64,000 bases of DNA from Bifidobacteriaceae bacterium (GCA_963642245.1 CAVIFY010000002.1:15345-79344); one strand, 5' to 3'; counted from the first letter of the stretch, positions 19,729 to 29,280 are shown. Numbers and translations are program-made. Notes: a model not told the origin generated them from the letters alone.

Positions 19729-21066
19729 TCACTTTTTGCTCCACACACGGCGGTACTTGACAAAGTAAAACAGGCTCATCAGCAGACTGAGCACCTCACC
19801 GGCGGTGATGGACAGCCACACGCCGTCGATCCCCCAAATGCGGGGCAGCACCAGCACCGGCACCACCATAAAGAGAATGGTGCGGCAAAAGGACAGGATC
19901 GCCGAGGTGCGCCCATCGTTCAGCGCCGTAAACCAGCCGGAGGCGTACACATTAAATGCCATCATCAAAAAGCTGGTGGCCACAATACGGAAGCCGTGGA
20001 GCGCCATCTCCGCCACAGCCCCATTGTTCTTGGCAAAGAAGCCCACCATCTGGCGGCCAAAGCCAAAGCTCAGCGCCGTGGCAACAGCGCCCGCCACAAA
20101 CAGCACCCGGCAGCTGATCCAAAACAGCCGCCCCAGCCGCTGCCGATCCTGGCGCCCTAAATTGTAGCTGACCACGGGAGCAATGCCGTTGGTATAGCCC
20201 CGGAACAGGCTGCCGAACACACCCTGGGCGTACCAAATAATACTCAGGGAAGCCACGCCGTTTGCCCCGGCAAAGCGCATTAAAATCCGGTTAAACAAAA
20301 TGGTGATCACAGAGAACGCCAGCACGCTGACCATCTCTGACGCGCCGTTGCCGCAGCTTTGCCACAGAGTGCGCCAGCGGGCACGGGGCCGCACCAGGTA
20401 CAGCACCTGGCGCCGATCCACAGCAAAGATCACCAGCCCGATCAGGGACGGCAGCGCGTAGCCGATACCGGTGGCAATGGCCGCCCCCTGCAAGCCCATA
20501 CCCAGCTTGGCAATGAACAGCCAGTCCAGGGCAATGTTCACCACCCCGCCTAAAACGGACAGCCCGGCGCCCAGCTTGGCCTTGCCCACAGTGATAAAGC
20601 TCATGCCGAAAATGGTGCCGAACACGGAAAAAGGCAAAGTAGCCAGTACCGGCAGCATATAGGTGCGGCAAACCGGCAGCAGGGCGTCGTCCGCTCCTAA
20701 AAAGCGGCACAGCGGATCTAAAAAGATAAAGAACACAATGGTCAGCACCACGCAAAAGGCGAATGCCGTCAGGGACAGAAAGGAAAAATCCTGCCGGGCC
20801 TCTTGTATCTTCTCCTCCCCGATCTTCTTGGCTACCAGCGCATTGCCGCCGGTGCCGAACATCATACCCAGCGCCGAGCCAAGATAGATCAGCGGCAGCA
20901 CAATGTTAATGGCAGACAGGGCGTTGGTATCCACCAAACGGGCCACGAACATACCGTCCACCGAGGAATACAGGCCCATAAATACCGTAGAGAACACCGT
21001 AGGCAGTGCAAAGCGCAGCAGCCAACCCAGGGTGATGGGGTGTTCCAATTTTACATTCTTCTCCAC
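19729..21066 (-). CDS. MATE family efflux transporter
   Basis: Polytopic, with FALPTVFSTVFMGLYSSVDGMFVARL. I prefer the GTG at 21066 (GGAGG 5 nt upstream). The listed ORF begins at a TTG at 21078 that is part of that SD. Confidence 0.9.
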   Translation of the reverse strand: MEKNVKLEHPITLGWLLRFALPTVFSTVFMGLYSSVDGMFVARLVDTNALSAINIVLPLIYLGSALGMMFGTGGNALVAKKIGEEKIQEARQDFSFLSLTAFAFCVVLTIVFFIFLDPLCRFLGADDALLPVCRTYMLPVLATLPFSVFGTIFGMSFITVGKAKLGAGLSVLGGVVNIALDWLFIAKLGMGLQGAAIATGIGYALPSLIGLVIFAVDRRQVLYLVRPRARWRTLWQSCGNGASEMVSVLAFSVITILFNRILMRFAGANGVASLSIIWYAQGVFGSLFRGYTNGIAPVVSYNLGRQDRQRLGRLFWISCRVLFVAGAVATALSFGFGRQMVGFFAKNNGAVAEMALHGFRIVATSFLMMAFNVYASGWFTALNDGRTSAILSFCRTILFMVVPVLVLPRIWGIDGVWLSITAGEVLSLLMSLFYFVKYRRVWSKK

Positions 21067-21081
21067 AAATACCTCCAAAAA

Positions 21082-21540
21082 TCACGCGTCTTCTGCGTCT
21101 AATATCTCCCTATAAAAATGCGACTCCAACCGCCGGGCAAAGCACTCCAGCGCAGCAATAAAATCCTCGCCGTATTGCGCCGTTGTCTCCTCTATGGCCC
21201 GGTTCTCCGCCTGCACCAGGTCCGCCAGCATACGGCAGGAATAGACCTTGCCTGCCGGGGTCAACTGTATGGCCATTTCCCGCCGGGTGCCGGGCACCCG
21301 CTTCAGCTCCAAATACCCCTCGCGCTGGCAGTCCTTAATGGTGGTGTTCAGCGTGGTCTTGGGCACCAAAAACCGGGTGCAAATATCCTTTTGGCTGTGG
21401 GGCTGTCCGTCGCTTAGCGCATACAGCAGCGTAAAGGTGCTGCAACGCATTTTTTTATGCCTGGCCACTGTATCATACAGGGCGTCGATCCGACTGTTGG
21501 CCGTTACCATACGCAACAGCAGTTCCTGATTTTTGTCCAT
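21082..21540 (-). CDS. MarR family transcriptional regulator
   Basis: 152 aa. The winged HTH is ICTRFLVPKTTLNTTIKDCQREGYLELKRVPGTRREMAIQLTPAG. It sits directly upstream of the MATE gene, so it is a likely cognate repressor. Confidence 0.85.
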   Translation of the reverse strand: MDKNQELLLRMVTANSRIDALYDTVARHKKMRCSTFTLLYALSDGQPHSQKDICTRFLVPKTTLNTTIKDCQREGYLELKRVPGTRREMAIQLTPAGKVYSCRMLADLVQAENRAIEETTAQYGEDFIAALECFARRLESHFYREILDAEDA

Positions 21541-21646
21541 TTTTGCACCTCTGTGTTCAAGTTTCGCCTATTATAATACGAATTCGTACTTTTGTCAAGG
21601 CGCAAAAAAGCGGCTGCAAGCCATAGACCTGCAACCGCTCTTTCAG

Positions 21647-23524
21647 TTATAATTTGATTTTCAGTGCGCGGGTGGCGTTGAGCACCGCCAGCACCATCAC
21701 GCCCACATCGGCAAAGATCGCCAGCCACATACCGGCAATACCCAGAGCACCCAGCACCAGACAAACAGCCTTTACCGCCAGGGCGAACACAATGTTTTGC
21801 CGCACGATCTGCAAGGTGTGGCGCGAGATCTTCATCGCCAGTGCGATCTTGGACGGATCATCGTCCATCAGCACCACATCCGCCGCCTCAATAGCAGCGT
21901 CCGAGCCAAGGGCGCCCATGGCGATCCCCACATCGGCGCGGGACAGCACCGGCGCGTCGTTGATACCATCGCCCACAAAGGCCAGGTTCTCCTTGGGGCC
22001 TTTCTCTGCCAGCAGCTTTTCCACCTGCTCCACCTTGTCGCCGGGCAGCAACTCGCTCTCTACCCGGTCCATACCGATCTCCGCAGCTACCCGATCCGCC
22101 GCAGCCTTGGCGTCGCCGGTGAGCATAACGGTCATTTTTACGCCGTTCTCCTTGAGCGCAGCCATAGCCGCCTTGGCAGTGGGCTTCACCACATCGGAGA
22201 TCACAATGCAGCCGATATACTTACCGTCCGCCGCCACATACACGGCGGTGCCGTCGGTATGCTCGGCAGGCAGGGCGGCGCCGATCTTTTTCATCAGCTT
22301 GGCGTTACCGGCAGCCACCGGGTGGCCGTCCACCAGCGCCTGCACGCCGTGACCGGCGATCTCCTGAATATCGCTGACCCGCTCCCCTTGCAGGGGCTGG
22401 CCGTAAGCGTCTTTCAGGCTTTGGCTGATGGGGTGGTGAGAGCCGCTCTCTGCATAGGCCGCCAGGCCCAGCAGCACCTCTTTATCCACACCCGGCTCCG
22501 GGTACACACCGGTCACCTGGAACACCCCTTTGGTCAGGGTGCCGGTCTTGTCGCACACAATGTACTTGGTATCGGCCAGGGCTTCCAGGTAGTTGGAGCC
22601 TTTCACCAAAATACCGTTTTTAGAAGCGCAGCCGATCCCGCCAAAGAAGCTCAGCGGAATGGAGATCACCAGCGCGCAGGGACAGCTGATAACCAAGAAA
22701 GTCAGCGCTCTTGTGATCCAGTCTGCCCACATCGCCGGGTAACCGGCCAACAGGCGGATCACCGGCGGCAGCACCGCCAGCGCCAGGGCGCTGTAACACA
22801 CCGCGGGGGTGTAGTACCGGGCAAACTTGGTGATAAAGTTCTCAGACTTGGACTTTTTCATAGCGGAATTCTCCACCATGTCCAAGATCTTGGACACGGT
22901 GGACTCGCCGAATTCCTTGGTGGTGCGCACCACAATGCGCCCGCTCATATTGATACAGCCGCTGATCACATCGTCGCCGACTTTGGCGTCCCGGGGCACG
23001 CTCTCGCCGGTAAGTGCGCCGGTGTTCAGGGTGGTATTGCCCTCTACGATCACGCCGTCAATGGGCACCTTTTCGCCCGGGTCTACCACGATCTGTGTGC
23101 CCACTTCCACATCGTCCGGGTCCACCTGTTCCAGCTTGCCGTCTACCATCACATTGGCATAGTCCGGGCGAATATCCATCAGGGCGGCAATGTTCTTGCG
23201 GCTCTTGCCTACCGCCACGCTCTGGAACAGCTCGCCGATCTGGTAAAACAGCATAACGGCCACGCCCTCTTTGAAGTCCTGCAAGCAAAGGGCGCCCACC
23301 GTGGCTACTGCCATTAAGAAATTCTCGTCAAACACCTGGCGGTTTTTGATCCCCTTAAGCGCTTTCCAGAGAATATCGTAGCCGATCACAAAGTACGGCA
23401 CCAAATACAGAACGATCATGGCCCACTGTGGCAGCGAGGCCAGCTTATCCAGCAGGATCACCCCTGCCAGCAGCACCAGCGCAGCGATAATGCGCGCCAG
23501 CACTTTCTTTTGTTTCTTACTCAT
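21647..23524 (-). CDS. P1B-2-type (Zn/Cd/Pb) heavy-metal-translocating P-type ATPase lacking an N-terminal HMA domain
   Basis: Motifs: [29 protein letters not shown]7 N-x7-K (NIVFALAVK) and TM8 DxG (ADVG). The ATG at 23524 has GGGAGGG 6 nt upstream. Confidence 0.85.
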   Translation of the reverse strand: MSKKQKKVLARIIAALVLLAGVILLDKLASLPQWAMIVLYLVPYFVIGYDILWKALKGIKNRQVFDENFLMAVATVGALCLQDFKEGVAVMLFYQIGELFQSVAVGKSRKNIAALMDIRPDYANVMVDGKLEQVDPDDVEVGTQIVVDPGEKVPIDGVIVEGNTTLNTGALTGESVPRDAKVGDDVISGCINMSGRIVVRTTKEFGESTVSKILDMVENSAMKKSKSENFITKFARYYTPAVCYSALALAVLPPVIRLLAGYPAMWADWITRALTFLVISCPCALVISIPLSFFGGIGCASKNGILVKGSNYLEALADTKYIVCDKTGTLTKGVFQVTGVYPEPGVDKEVLLGLAAYAESGSHHPISQSLKDAYGQPLQGERVSDIQEIAGHGVQALVDGHPVAAGNAKLMKKIGAALPAEHTDGTAVYVAADGKYIGCIVISDVVKPTAKAAMAALKENGVKMTVMLTGDAKAAADRVAAEIGMDRVESELLPGDKVEQVEKLLAEKGPKENLAFVGDGINDAPVLSRADVGIAMGALGSDAAIEAADVVLMDDDPSKIALAMKISRHTLQIVRQNIVFALAVKAVCLVLGALGIAGMWLAIFADVGVMVLAVLNATRALKIKL

Positions 23525-23547
23525 ACCTGTCCCTCCCAAGCGCAGGT

Positions 23548-23766
23548 TTACAGAAAGATCTCGCAGTCGCTCTCTACCCGCTTGCAGTTCTTCCGGGCGG
23601 CCGCCATCACAGCGTCCACATCTGCGCCTTCTTCAAATTCCACCTTCAGTTTTAAGGTCATAAAGCTCAGGGCAGCGTCCTGCACACCGGGGGTCTTTTT
23701 AACAGCGTCTTCCATCTTAGCCGCGCAGTTGGCGCAGTCCACATCTACTTTGTAAGTCTTTTTCAT
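23548..23766 (-). CDS. Stand-alone heavy-metal-associated (HMA) domain protein
   Basis: 72 aa from the ATG with AGGAG 7 nt upstream. The metal-binding motif is DCANCA in a ferredoxin-like repeat. It lies 23 nt upstream of the ATPase gene. Confidence 0.8.
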   Translation of the reverse strand: MKKTYKVDVDCANCAAKMEDAVKKTPGVQDAALSFMTLKLKVEFEEGADVDAVMAAARKNCKRVESDCEIFL

Positions 23767-23804
23767 AACCATTCTCCTTATGCAAAATGTTTGTTTTGTT
23801 ATTC

Positions 23805-23839
23805 TGAACAAGATAACATATTCTCATCTGTTCATATGT
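23805..23839. promoter_or_regulatory. Nested inverted repeats (TGAACA-N18-TGTTCA; ACATAT-N12-ATATGT) in the HMA/ATPase leader
   Basis: They lie between the -10 box and the SD of the metal operon. The TGAACA/TGTTCA half-sites resemble those of ArsR/SmtB-type operators. This is a candidate operator or a 5'-UTR structure. Confidence 0.35.
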
Positions 23840-23840
23840 C

Positions 23841-23869
23841 ATTATATTCAGTCAGTCAGAGAATGTCAA
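23841..23869 (-). promoter_or_regulatory. Consensus sigma-70 promoter TTGACA-17-TATAAT for the HMA/ATPase operon
   Basis: The reverse complement of 23841..23869 reads TTGACA ttctctgactgactgaa TATAAT. Confidence 0.7.
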
Positions 23870-23947
23870 TAGCTTTTTGAAAAGATTTGCAAAAAATAGG
23901 CAATGCTCCCCTTTTGCTCAGCAAATGTAAACGCAGACCAAACAGAC

Positions 23948-23977
23948 AGAAAAAACCGCCCTGCCAAAACAGGACGG
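23948..23977 (-). terminator. Rho-independent terminator after the MarR-like gene
   Basis: On the minus strand: CCGTCCTG-ttttgg-CAGGGCGG followed by TTTTTTCTG. Confidence 0.7.
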
Positions 23978-24002
23978 TTCAAATTTACGATTTTATGACA
24001 GA

Positions 24003-24482
24003 TCACATATCTGCAATGTTTGCCTGCACGATCTCCAGGATCCGATCCAGTTCCTGAATATCAGCCTCACTCAGGCCGGCATAGACGGTCTCGATCATCT
24101 CGCTCTCCTTGGAACGGAAATCAGCGATCACGGACTTTGCCTTATCCGTAAGAGAAATGCGAACGGCGCGGCGGTCTTCCTTATCCCGCTCAACGGTCAC
24201 ATAGTCCTGCTGACGCAACTCCTCAACGCAGCGGCTGATCATGCCCTTGGAGTAATCCGTATCGTGGCTTACATCGCGCACGGTCTGCGGGGTCTTGGAT
24301 TGATCCAGGCACAGCAGGATCTCAACCATACATCTGGACACTTTGGCCTTTTTTTCGCCCTTTACAGCCACAGCGGCTGCGGCCTCCATGCCTACGGCCT
24401 CGGCCAGCTCCTTGCGCTTTTTGGAAACAGCTTTGGAGGTGTGAATGAACTTGCTGCCGAATGCAGTCATTTTTTTGCTCAT
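24003..24482 (-). CDS. MarR family transcriptional regulator
   Basis: 159 aa. The winged HTH is VRDVSHDTDYSKGMISRCVEELRQQDYVTVERDKEDRRAVRISLTDKA. The N-terminal ~45 aa are Lys/Ala-rich. Confidence 0.75.
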   Translation of the reverse strand: MSKKMTAFGSKFIHTSKAVSKKRKELAEAVGMEAAAAVAVKGEKKAKVSRCMVEILLCLDQSKTPQTVRDVSHDTDYSKGMISRCVEELRQQDYVTVERDKEDRRAVRISLTDKAKSVIADFRSKESEMIETVYAGLSEADIQELDRILEIVQANIADM

Positions 24483-24582
24483 AATGAAGTCCTTTCTGCT
24501 TCACCCTCTTCTCATCTATAAATATAATATAAAACCAATTTTTTGTCAAGTAGAAATGCAGAAAATCGTATGCCTTTATTGA

Positions 24583-25194
24583 TTATTTTACACTTTCGTC
24601 CGTATCGTCCAGCACCCGGGCGTTTTCGTCAATGATAGGCGCCGTGCGGTTGACTGCGTCCTCCACAGCGCGACCCACCTTGCGCAGCTGTACATAGCCC
24701 ACAGCTTCCATCACCGCATACAGCAGCAGCGCCACGCCCAGCATTCTGGCCAGCGCCAGGGCGGTATGGAACGGATTGGCCATACATACAATACCCAAAA
24801 TAATGGACACCACCGTCAGCGCCAGGTTGACGCCCCAGCCGGGCAGCAGCCGCATTTCCCGCCGCAGGGCGATCACCAGGCCGATGATCCCGCCGCAGAA
24901 GATAAATGCGCCGAACAGGAACTCCACCAATGTAAGAATACTCTGGTACTTGGCACAGACGATCACACCGCACACCATGGAGATCAACCCCACAGACAGC
25001 ACCACCGGACCGGCAGTTTTGCGAAAATACTGCACCACACCCACGGCACCCATGATCAGCAGCGCGCCGCCAAAGGCCAGGCTGATATAGCGAATACTGG
25101 CCGCCGGAAAAATCAGCAGCGCCAGCCCGCACAGCGCGGAAATAATAATACTGACAATGGAATAGGAACGGAATTTTTCAAACAACTCGCGCAT
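24583..25194 (-). CDS. HdeD/DUF308 family integral membrane protein
   Basis: 203 aa with six hydrophobic segments in three pairs. The N-terminal pattern is W/F-x-IVSIIISALCGLALLIFP. GGAGGG lies 6 nt before the ATG. Confidence 0.7.
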   Translation of the reverse strand: MRELFEKFRSYSIVSIIISALCGLALLIFPAASIRYISLAFGGALLIMGAVGVVQYFRKTAGPVVLSVGLISMVCGVIVCAKYQSILTLVEFLFGAFIFCGGIIGLVIALRREMRLLPGWGVNLALTVVSIILGIVCMANPFHTALALARMLGVALLLYAVMEAVGYVQLRKVGRAVEDAVNRTAPIIDENARVLDDTDESVK

Positions 25195-25241
25195 AGCGAT
25201 CCCTCCAACAAAAGCGATTACCCATCACCGGGCACACCTCA

Positions 25242-25270
25242 TTTATAGCACCAAACGGCCGCTTTGTCAA
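25242..25270 (-). promoter_or_regulatory. Promoter TTGACA-17-TATAAA upstream of the DUF308 gene
   Basis: The reverse complement reads TTGACA aagcggccgtttggtgc TATAAA. Confidence 0.6.
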
Positions 25271-25367
25271 ATGATAGACAAACCGCCCCTTTTCAGTATG
25301 CCAACGGGGCCGAAAATCATACAAAACAGCCCCCGGTGTACCGAGAGCTGCCCTTATATAATATGTA

Positions 25368-27422
25368 TTATAACTGACTGGCTTCTGCCTTGATCTTTTG
25401 CGCAATGTGCTCCGGGCACCGATCATAGCGGGCAAAGGCGGTGGTAAAGGAGCCGCGGCCCTGGGTCATTTGGCGCATAGCGGTGGAGAAGGTAGACATC
25501 TCCGACTCCGGCACCTCGGCCAAGATCTCCTGGCTGCCATCTCCGGAGGGAGTCATACCCAGCACGCGCCCGCGGCGCTTGTTGATATCGCCGATCACAT
25601 CGCCCATGGCCTCATCGTTCACCGTTGCGGTGACCGTCAGGATCGGCTCCAGCAGCACGGGCATTGCCTTGGGAATGCCCTCTTTGTAGGCCAGGGACGC
25701 AGCAGTCTTAAAGCTCATTTCGCTGGAGTCCACCGGGTGGTAAGAGCCGTCAAACAGCGTGGCCTTTACACCCACCATGGGGTAACCGGCCAGCACGCCC
25801 TTTTGCATACTCTCCCGCAGGCCCTTTTCTACTGCCGGGAAGAAGTTCTTAGGCACGGCGCCGCCCACCACACGCTCGGCAAACACCAGTTCTTCTGTAT
25901 CATAAGGTTCAAATTCAATAAATACATCGCCAAATTGGCCGTGGCCGCCGGACTGCTTCTTGTGCCGCCCTTGGGCAGAGACCTTCATCGTAATGGTCTC
26001 TCGGTACGCAACTCGGGGCTGCACCAGGGTCGCCTCCACGCCGAATTTGCTCTTCAGCCTTGCCATCGCCACATCCAGGTGCTGCTCGCCCAGGCCGCTG
26101 AGGATCTGCTGGTGGGTCTCGTTGTTCACGCCAAAGTGCAAAGACGGATCCTCCTCGCACAGACGGCTGAGACCGGCAGCCACTTTCTCCTCCTCGCCTT
26201 TCTTGGCCACTTCCACAGCCATGGCATAGGTGGCATTTGGAATGTGCACGCCGTCCAGGGTCACCACTTGCGCAGCGCTGCACAGAGTATCACCGGTGGC
26301 AAAGCCGCCCAGCTTGGTCACTGCGCCAATATCCCCGGCGGACAGTTCGCTGATGTCCGTCTGCTTGGCGCCGAATACGCTCACTAACTTACCCATACGC
26401 TCCTCTTTGCCAGTGCGGGCGTTGTACGCAGGGGTCGCAGCGGTGATTTTGCCGCTGATCACCTTAAAGTAAGACAGCTTGCCGATAAACGGATCCGCCA
26501 CCGTCTTAAAGCAGACCGCAGCTAAAGGTCCGTTGGGGTCCGGGGTCAGTTCCACCGGCTCACCCTCTGCGTCTGCCGCGTACTCGCTCTTAGGCGCAGG
26601 GCACACCTCTGCCAGGAAGTCCAGCAGCAGGTCGCAGGCTGTTTCCGCCAAACCGCTCAGGGCAAACACCGGGATAATGGAGCCGTCCGCCACACCGGCT
26701 TTCAGCCCGCGGATCTTCTCCTCCGGGGTCAGCTCCTCACCCTCAAAATACTTCTCCATCAGTTCTTCATCGGCGGAGGCCACCGCTTCCGTAAACACGG
26801 CCTGTACCGCCTCAAAGCGGGGGGCGTCGTCCGGCTGGGCGTCGCTCTCGGTGCGCTTGCCGTCTGCATACGCGTAGGCCTTGCCGTCGATCATATTGTA
26901 GTAGGCAGCCACCTTGCCGCCGGAGATGATGGGCACCACCACCGGGCAGGCCGCCGTACCGAACTTGGCCACAATGCCGTTAAAGCTCTTGTAGAAATCC
27001 GCACGGTCGTCGTCCATTTTGGTGGTCACCAGCACCCGGGCCATACGGCGGGAACCGGCGTTTTTAAATGCCTTTTCCGCACCAACGGCCAGTCCGCTGC
27101 GGGCGGATACCACGATCACCGCCGTCTCTGCGGCACGCAGGCCCTCAAAGGCCCCTTGCTCAAAGTCAAACAAACCGGGGGTGTCAATAAAGTTCAGCTT
27201 TTTGTCCTTATATTCAACGGAAGCCACGGCGCTGGCCATACTGATGTGGCGCTTTTTCTCCTCGGCGTCAAAGTCAGACACCGTGTTGCCGTCAGCCACT
27301 TTACCGGCCCGCTCCGTCGCCCCTGCCAAATGCAGCATAGCCTCCAGCAGGGTGGTTTTGCCCTTGGAGGCGTGACCTGCAAGCGCAATGTTCCGAATTT
27401 GATCAGGTGCATAAGTTTTCAT
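25368..27422 (-). CDS. EF-G family translational GTPase, paralogue (not in str-operon context)
   Basis: 684 aa from the ATG at 27422 (GAGGG 8 nt upstream). G1 is AGHASKGKTT, G3 is DTPG, G4 is TKMD. EF-G domains II-V are recognisable. No rpsL/rpsG/tuf genes are nearby. Confidence 0.85.
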   Translation of the reverse strand: MKTYAPDQIRNIALAGHASKGKTTLLEAMLHLAGATERAGKVADGNTVSDFDAEEKKRHISMASAVASVEYKDKKLNFIDTPGLFDFEQGAFEGLRAAETAVIVVSARSGLAVGAEKAFKNAGSRRMARVLVTTKMDDDRADFYKSFNGIVAKFGTAACPVVVPIISGGKVAAYYNMIDGKAYAYADGKRTESDAQPDDAPRFEAVQAVFTEAVASADEELMEKYFEGEELTPEEKIRGLKAGVADGSIIPVFALSGLAETACDLLLDFLAEVCPAPKSEYAADAEGEPVELTPDPNGPLAAVCFKTVADPFIGKLSYFKVISGKITAATPAYNARTGKEERMGKLVSVFGAKQTDISELSAGDIGAVTKLGGFATGDTLCSAAQVVTLDGVHIPNATYAMAVEVAKKGEEEKVAAGLSRLCEEDPSLHFGVNNETHQQILSGLGEQHLDVAMARLKSKFGVEATLVQPRVAYRETITMKVSAQGRHKKQSGGHGQFGDVFIEFEPYDTEELVFAERVVGGAVPKNFFPAVEKGLRESMQKGVLAGYPMVGVKATLFDGSYHPVDSSEMSFKTAASLAYKEGIPKAMPVLLEPILTVTATVNDEAMGDVIGDINKRRGRVLGMTPSGDGSQEILAEVPESEMSTFSTAMRQMTQGRGSFTTAFARYDRCPEHIAQKIKAEASQL

Positions 27423-27460
27423 AAGTCCATCCCTCTTTAATAAGAATTGCTTTTGTGCAT

Positions 27461-27489
27461 ATTGTATAATATTTTTCAACTTCCGTCAA
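27461..27489 (-). promoter_or_regulatory. Promoter TTGACG-17-TACAAT of the EF-G paralogue
   Basis: The reverse complement reads TTGACG gaagttgaaaaatatta TACAAT. Confidence 0.55.
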
Positions 27490-27608
27490 TGCTTTTTGCA
27501 ATTCTTTTACAAACAATTTGCAAAAGCACCGCCCAATTCCCCCGCACACCCCGTACAATATATGCACCCGCCTCCCCCGCAGAACCCCGCCTACGGCTTA
27601 AAAGAGCA

Positions 27609-27648
27609 TAGAAAAAAGCACCGCTGCAGCGGTGCTTTTGTTTTTATG
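27609..27648. terminator. Bidirectional terminator
   Basis: AGCACCGC-tgca-GCGGTGCT is flanked by an A-run upstream and TTTGTTTTTA downstream. It lies 3' of the GPH gene ending at 27657. Confidence 0.75.
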
Positions 27649-27656
27649 ATTGATGG

Positions 27657-29222
27657 TTAGTCAGCGGTATTGTCGCCCTTGGCGGCGCGTTTGGCTACCA
27701 GCTCGCTCAGGATACGGCTATGTTCTTTATCGGACATAGCGTACTTGATGGTCGGCAGTGCGGAGAGCACCATACCGATGGCCGGGGGAATGGAGATCAG
27801 GAAGAACATGGTGGCGGCGTATTTACCGGCGCCGGAGCCACCGTCATAACTCAGGAAATCTGCGCCGTTCTTCAGGGCCTCATTCAACTTCAAAATATTG
27901 GCGTCGCTGTAACCAACAAAGTGGTACACCACAGCGGACAGGATAGAGGCGATACCGCCGGACAGCTTGGTGATAAAGGACTGGCCGGAGAAGAACACGC
28001 CGTCGGTACGCACGCCATTGTGGTACTCCTCATAGTCCACGCAGTCGGCGATCATCACGGACTGGAGCACATTGATACCACCCATGGCAGCGCCTGCAAA
28101 GAAGAAGCACAGCCCGGTGAGGATCACCCATACCATAGAGGTCTTTACATCGCCGTGGGCGATCTTAAAGAACACATACAGCAGGGCAAAAGGCACAGCA
28201 CCTGCGATGGAATAGAAGTTATAAATGCTCTTTTTCTCATGCTTGCGGATCAATGCCGGGGTAATACCCATAGCGATAAACTGGCCCAGGAACACAGCGG
28301 CGGCGATCACAGCCAGGCGCGCCAAAATGCCCCAATCGACGCCAACCATTGCACCGGTGGCATCTGTTTTCAACACATTCATAAAGTCGCCGTTGGCGTA
28401 GTAATAGGTGATCAGCGTCATGGCAATGAGCATCAGCAGCTGAATGGGACTTCTGAGAATACCGGAGATCAAAATCTGGCGGAACGGCTTGTTCTTGAAC
28501 ATAATTTTGAAGTTCTCGGTAAAAGTATATTTCTTCTCTGCCTGCTCCACCCGCTCTCTGGTGCCGATACCGGCGAACTCAAAGAGGATAGAGGCGATCA
28601 CGGTCATTACCACTACGGTGAGGATAAAGCCGTACTGAGAGGCCTTAGCCTGGGAATAGCCCTTGCCCTGGAAGATACCGGCGACCACCTGGGCGATCTG
28701 CACCACCAGCACACCAACGCCGCCGATACCGGCAACGATACGGGCGAGACCCAGCAGCTTGCTGCGGTCGTCCTCGTCCTCAGTCATCAGGGAAGTAATG
28801 CCCCACAGCGGAATATCACACACGGTAAAGCACATACCCCAGGCGATGTATGACACGGCAGCCCAAGCCACGATCAGCACCTTTTGGGTGTTTGAAGTGG
28901 CAGTGGCATAGTTGCCGTTAATGAACGCCAAGATGGTGACCACGCCGATAATGGCGGGGAAAATAATCAGATACGGACGGCATTTGCCCCACTTGGTACG
29001 GGTGCGGTCCACAATGGTGCCCATCATCGGGTCATTGATGGCGTCCCACACACGGGCCAGGGCAAAGATCCAGCCCAAAGCCATTGCCGGCAGGCAAATT
29101 ACATTTTGAAAATAGAAATACAGACCTGTGGCTACAATATTGTAGATCAGGTTTTGACCCAGCATACCGGTGAGGTACATATTACGCTCTTTTTTGGTAT
29201 AGGTCCTGGTTTGGTTTGACAC
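27657..29222 (-). CDS. GPH:cation symporter family transporter (paralogue A)
   Basis: 521 aa with a GTG start and AGGGGGA 8 nt upstream. The signature is ARVWDAINDPMMGTIVDRTRTKWGKCRPY. 68 of its first 90 residues are identical to the gene at 29967..31472 (counted by eye). Confidence 0.85.
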   Translation of the reverse strand: MSNQTRTYTKKERNMYLTGMLGQNLIYNIVATGLYFYFQNVICLPAMALGWIFALARVWDAINDPMMGTIVDRTRTKWGKCRPYLIIFPAIIGVVTILAFINGNYATATSNTQKVLIVAWAAVSYIAWGMCFTVCDIPLWGITSLMTEDEDDRSKLLGLARIVAGIGGVGVLVVQIAQVVAGIFQGKGYSQAKASQYGFILTVVVMTVIASILFEFAGIGTRERVEQAEKKYTFTENFKIMFKNKPFRQILISGILRSPIQLLMLIAMTLITYYYANGDFMNVLKTDATGAMVGVDWGILARLAVIAAAVFLGQFIAMGITPALIRKHEKKSIYNFYSIAGAVPFALLYVFFKIAHGDVKTSMVWVILTGLCFFFAGAAMGGINVLQSVMIADCVDYEEYHNGVRTDGVFFSGQSFITKLSGGIASILSAVVYHFVGYSDANILKLNEALKNGADFLSYDGGSGAGKYAATMFFLISIPPAIGMVLSALPTIKYAMSDKEHSRILSELVAKRAAKGDNTAD

Positions 29223-29251
29223 TTATCGAGTCCCCCTATATTTTTTCTTCT

Positions 29252-29280
29252 ATTTTACCAGTATGTATGGCAAATAGCAA
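29252..29280 (-). promoter_or_regulatory. Promoter TTGCTA-17-TAAAAT of GPH paralogue A
   Basis: The reverse complement reads TTGCTA tttgccatacatactgg TAAAAT. It shares ACTGG before the -10 box and CAAATAAT-n-CTTGC at/upstream of -35 with the paralogue B promoter. Confidence 0.55.

Noticed and set aside
23848-23860. A short tandem run, cagtcagtcag, in the metal-operon promoter spacer.
   Set aside because: There are fewer than three full 4-nt units and they lie inside the 17-nt spacer. This is most likely coincidental.
25368-27422. The EF-G paralogue, considered as a Tet(M)/Tet(O)-type ribosomal protection protein or as housekeeping fusA.
   Set aside because: Its length and domain order fit EF-G rather than Tet(M). 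The missing str-operon context argues against fusA. Neither can be settled without phylogeny.
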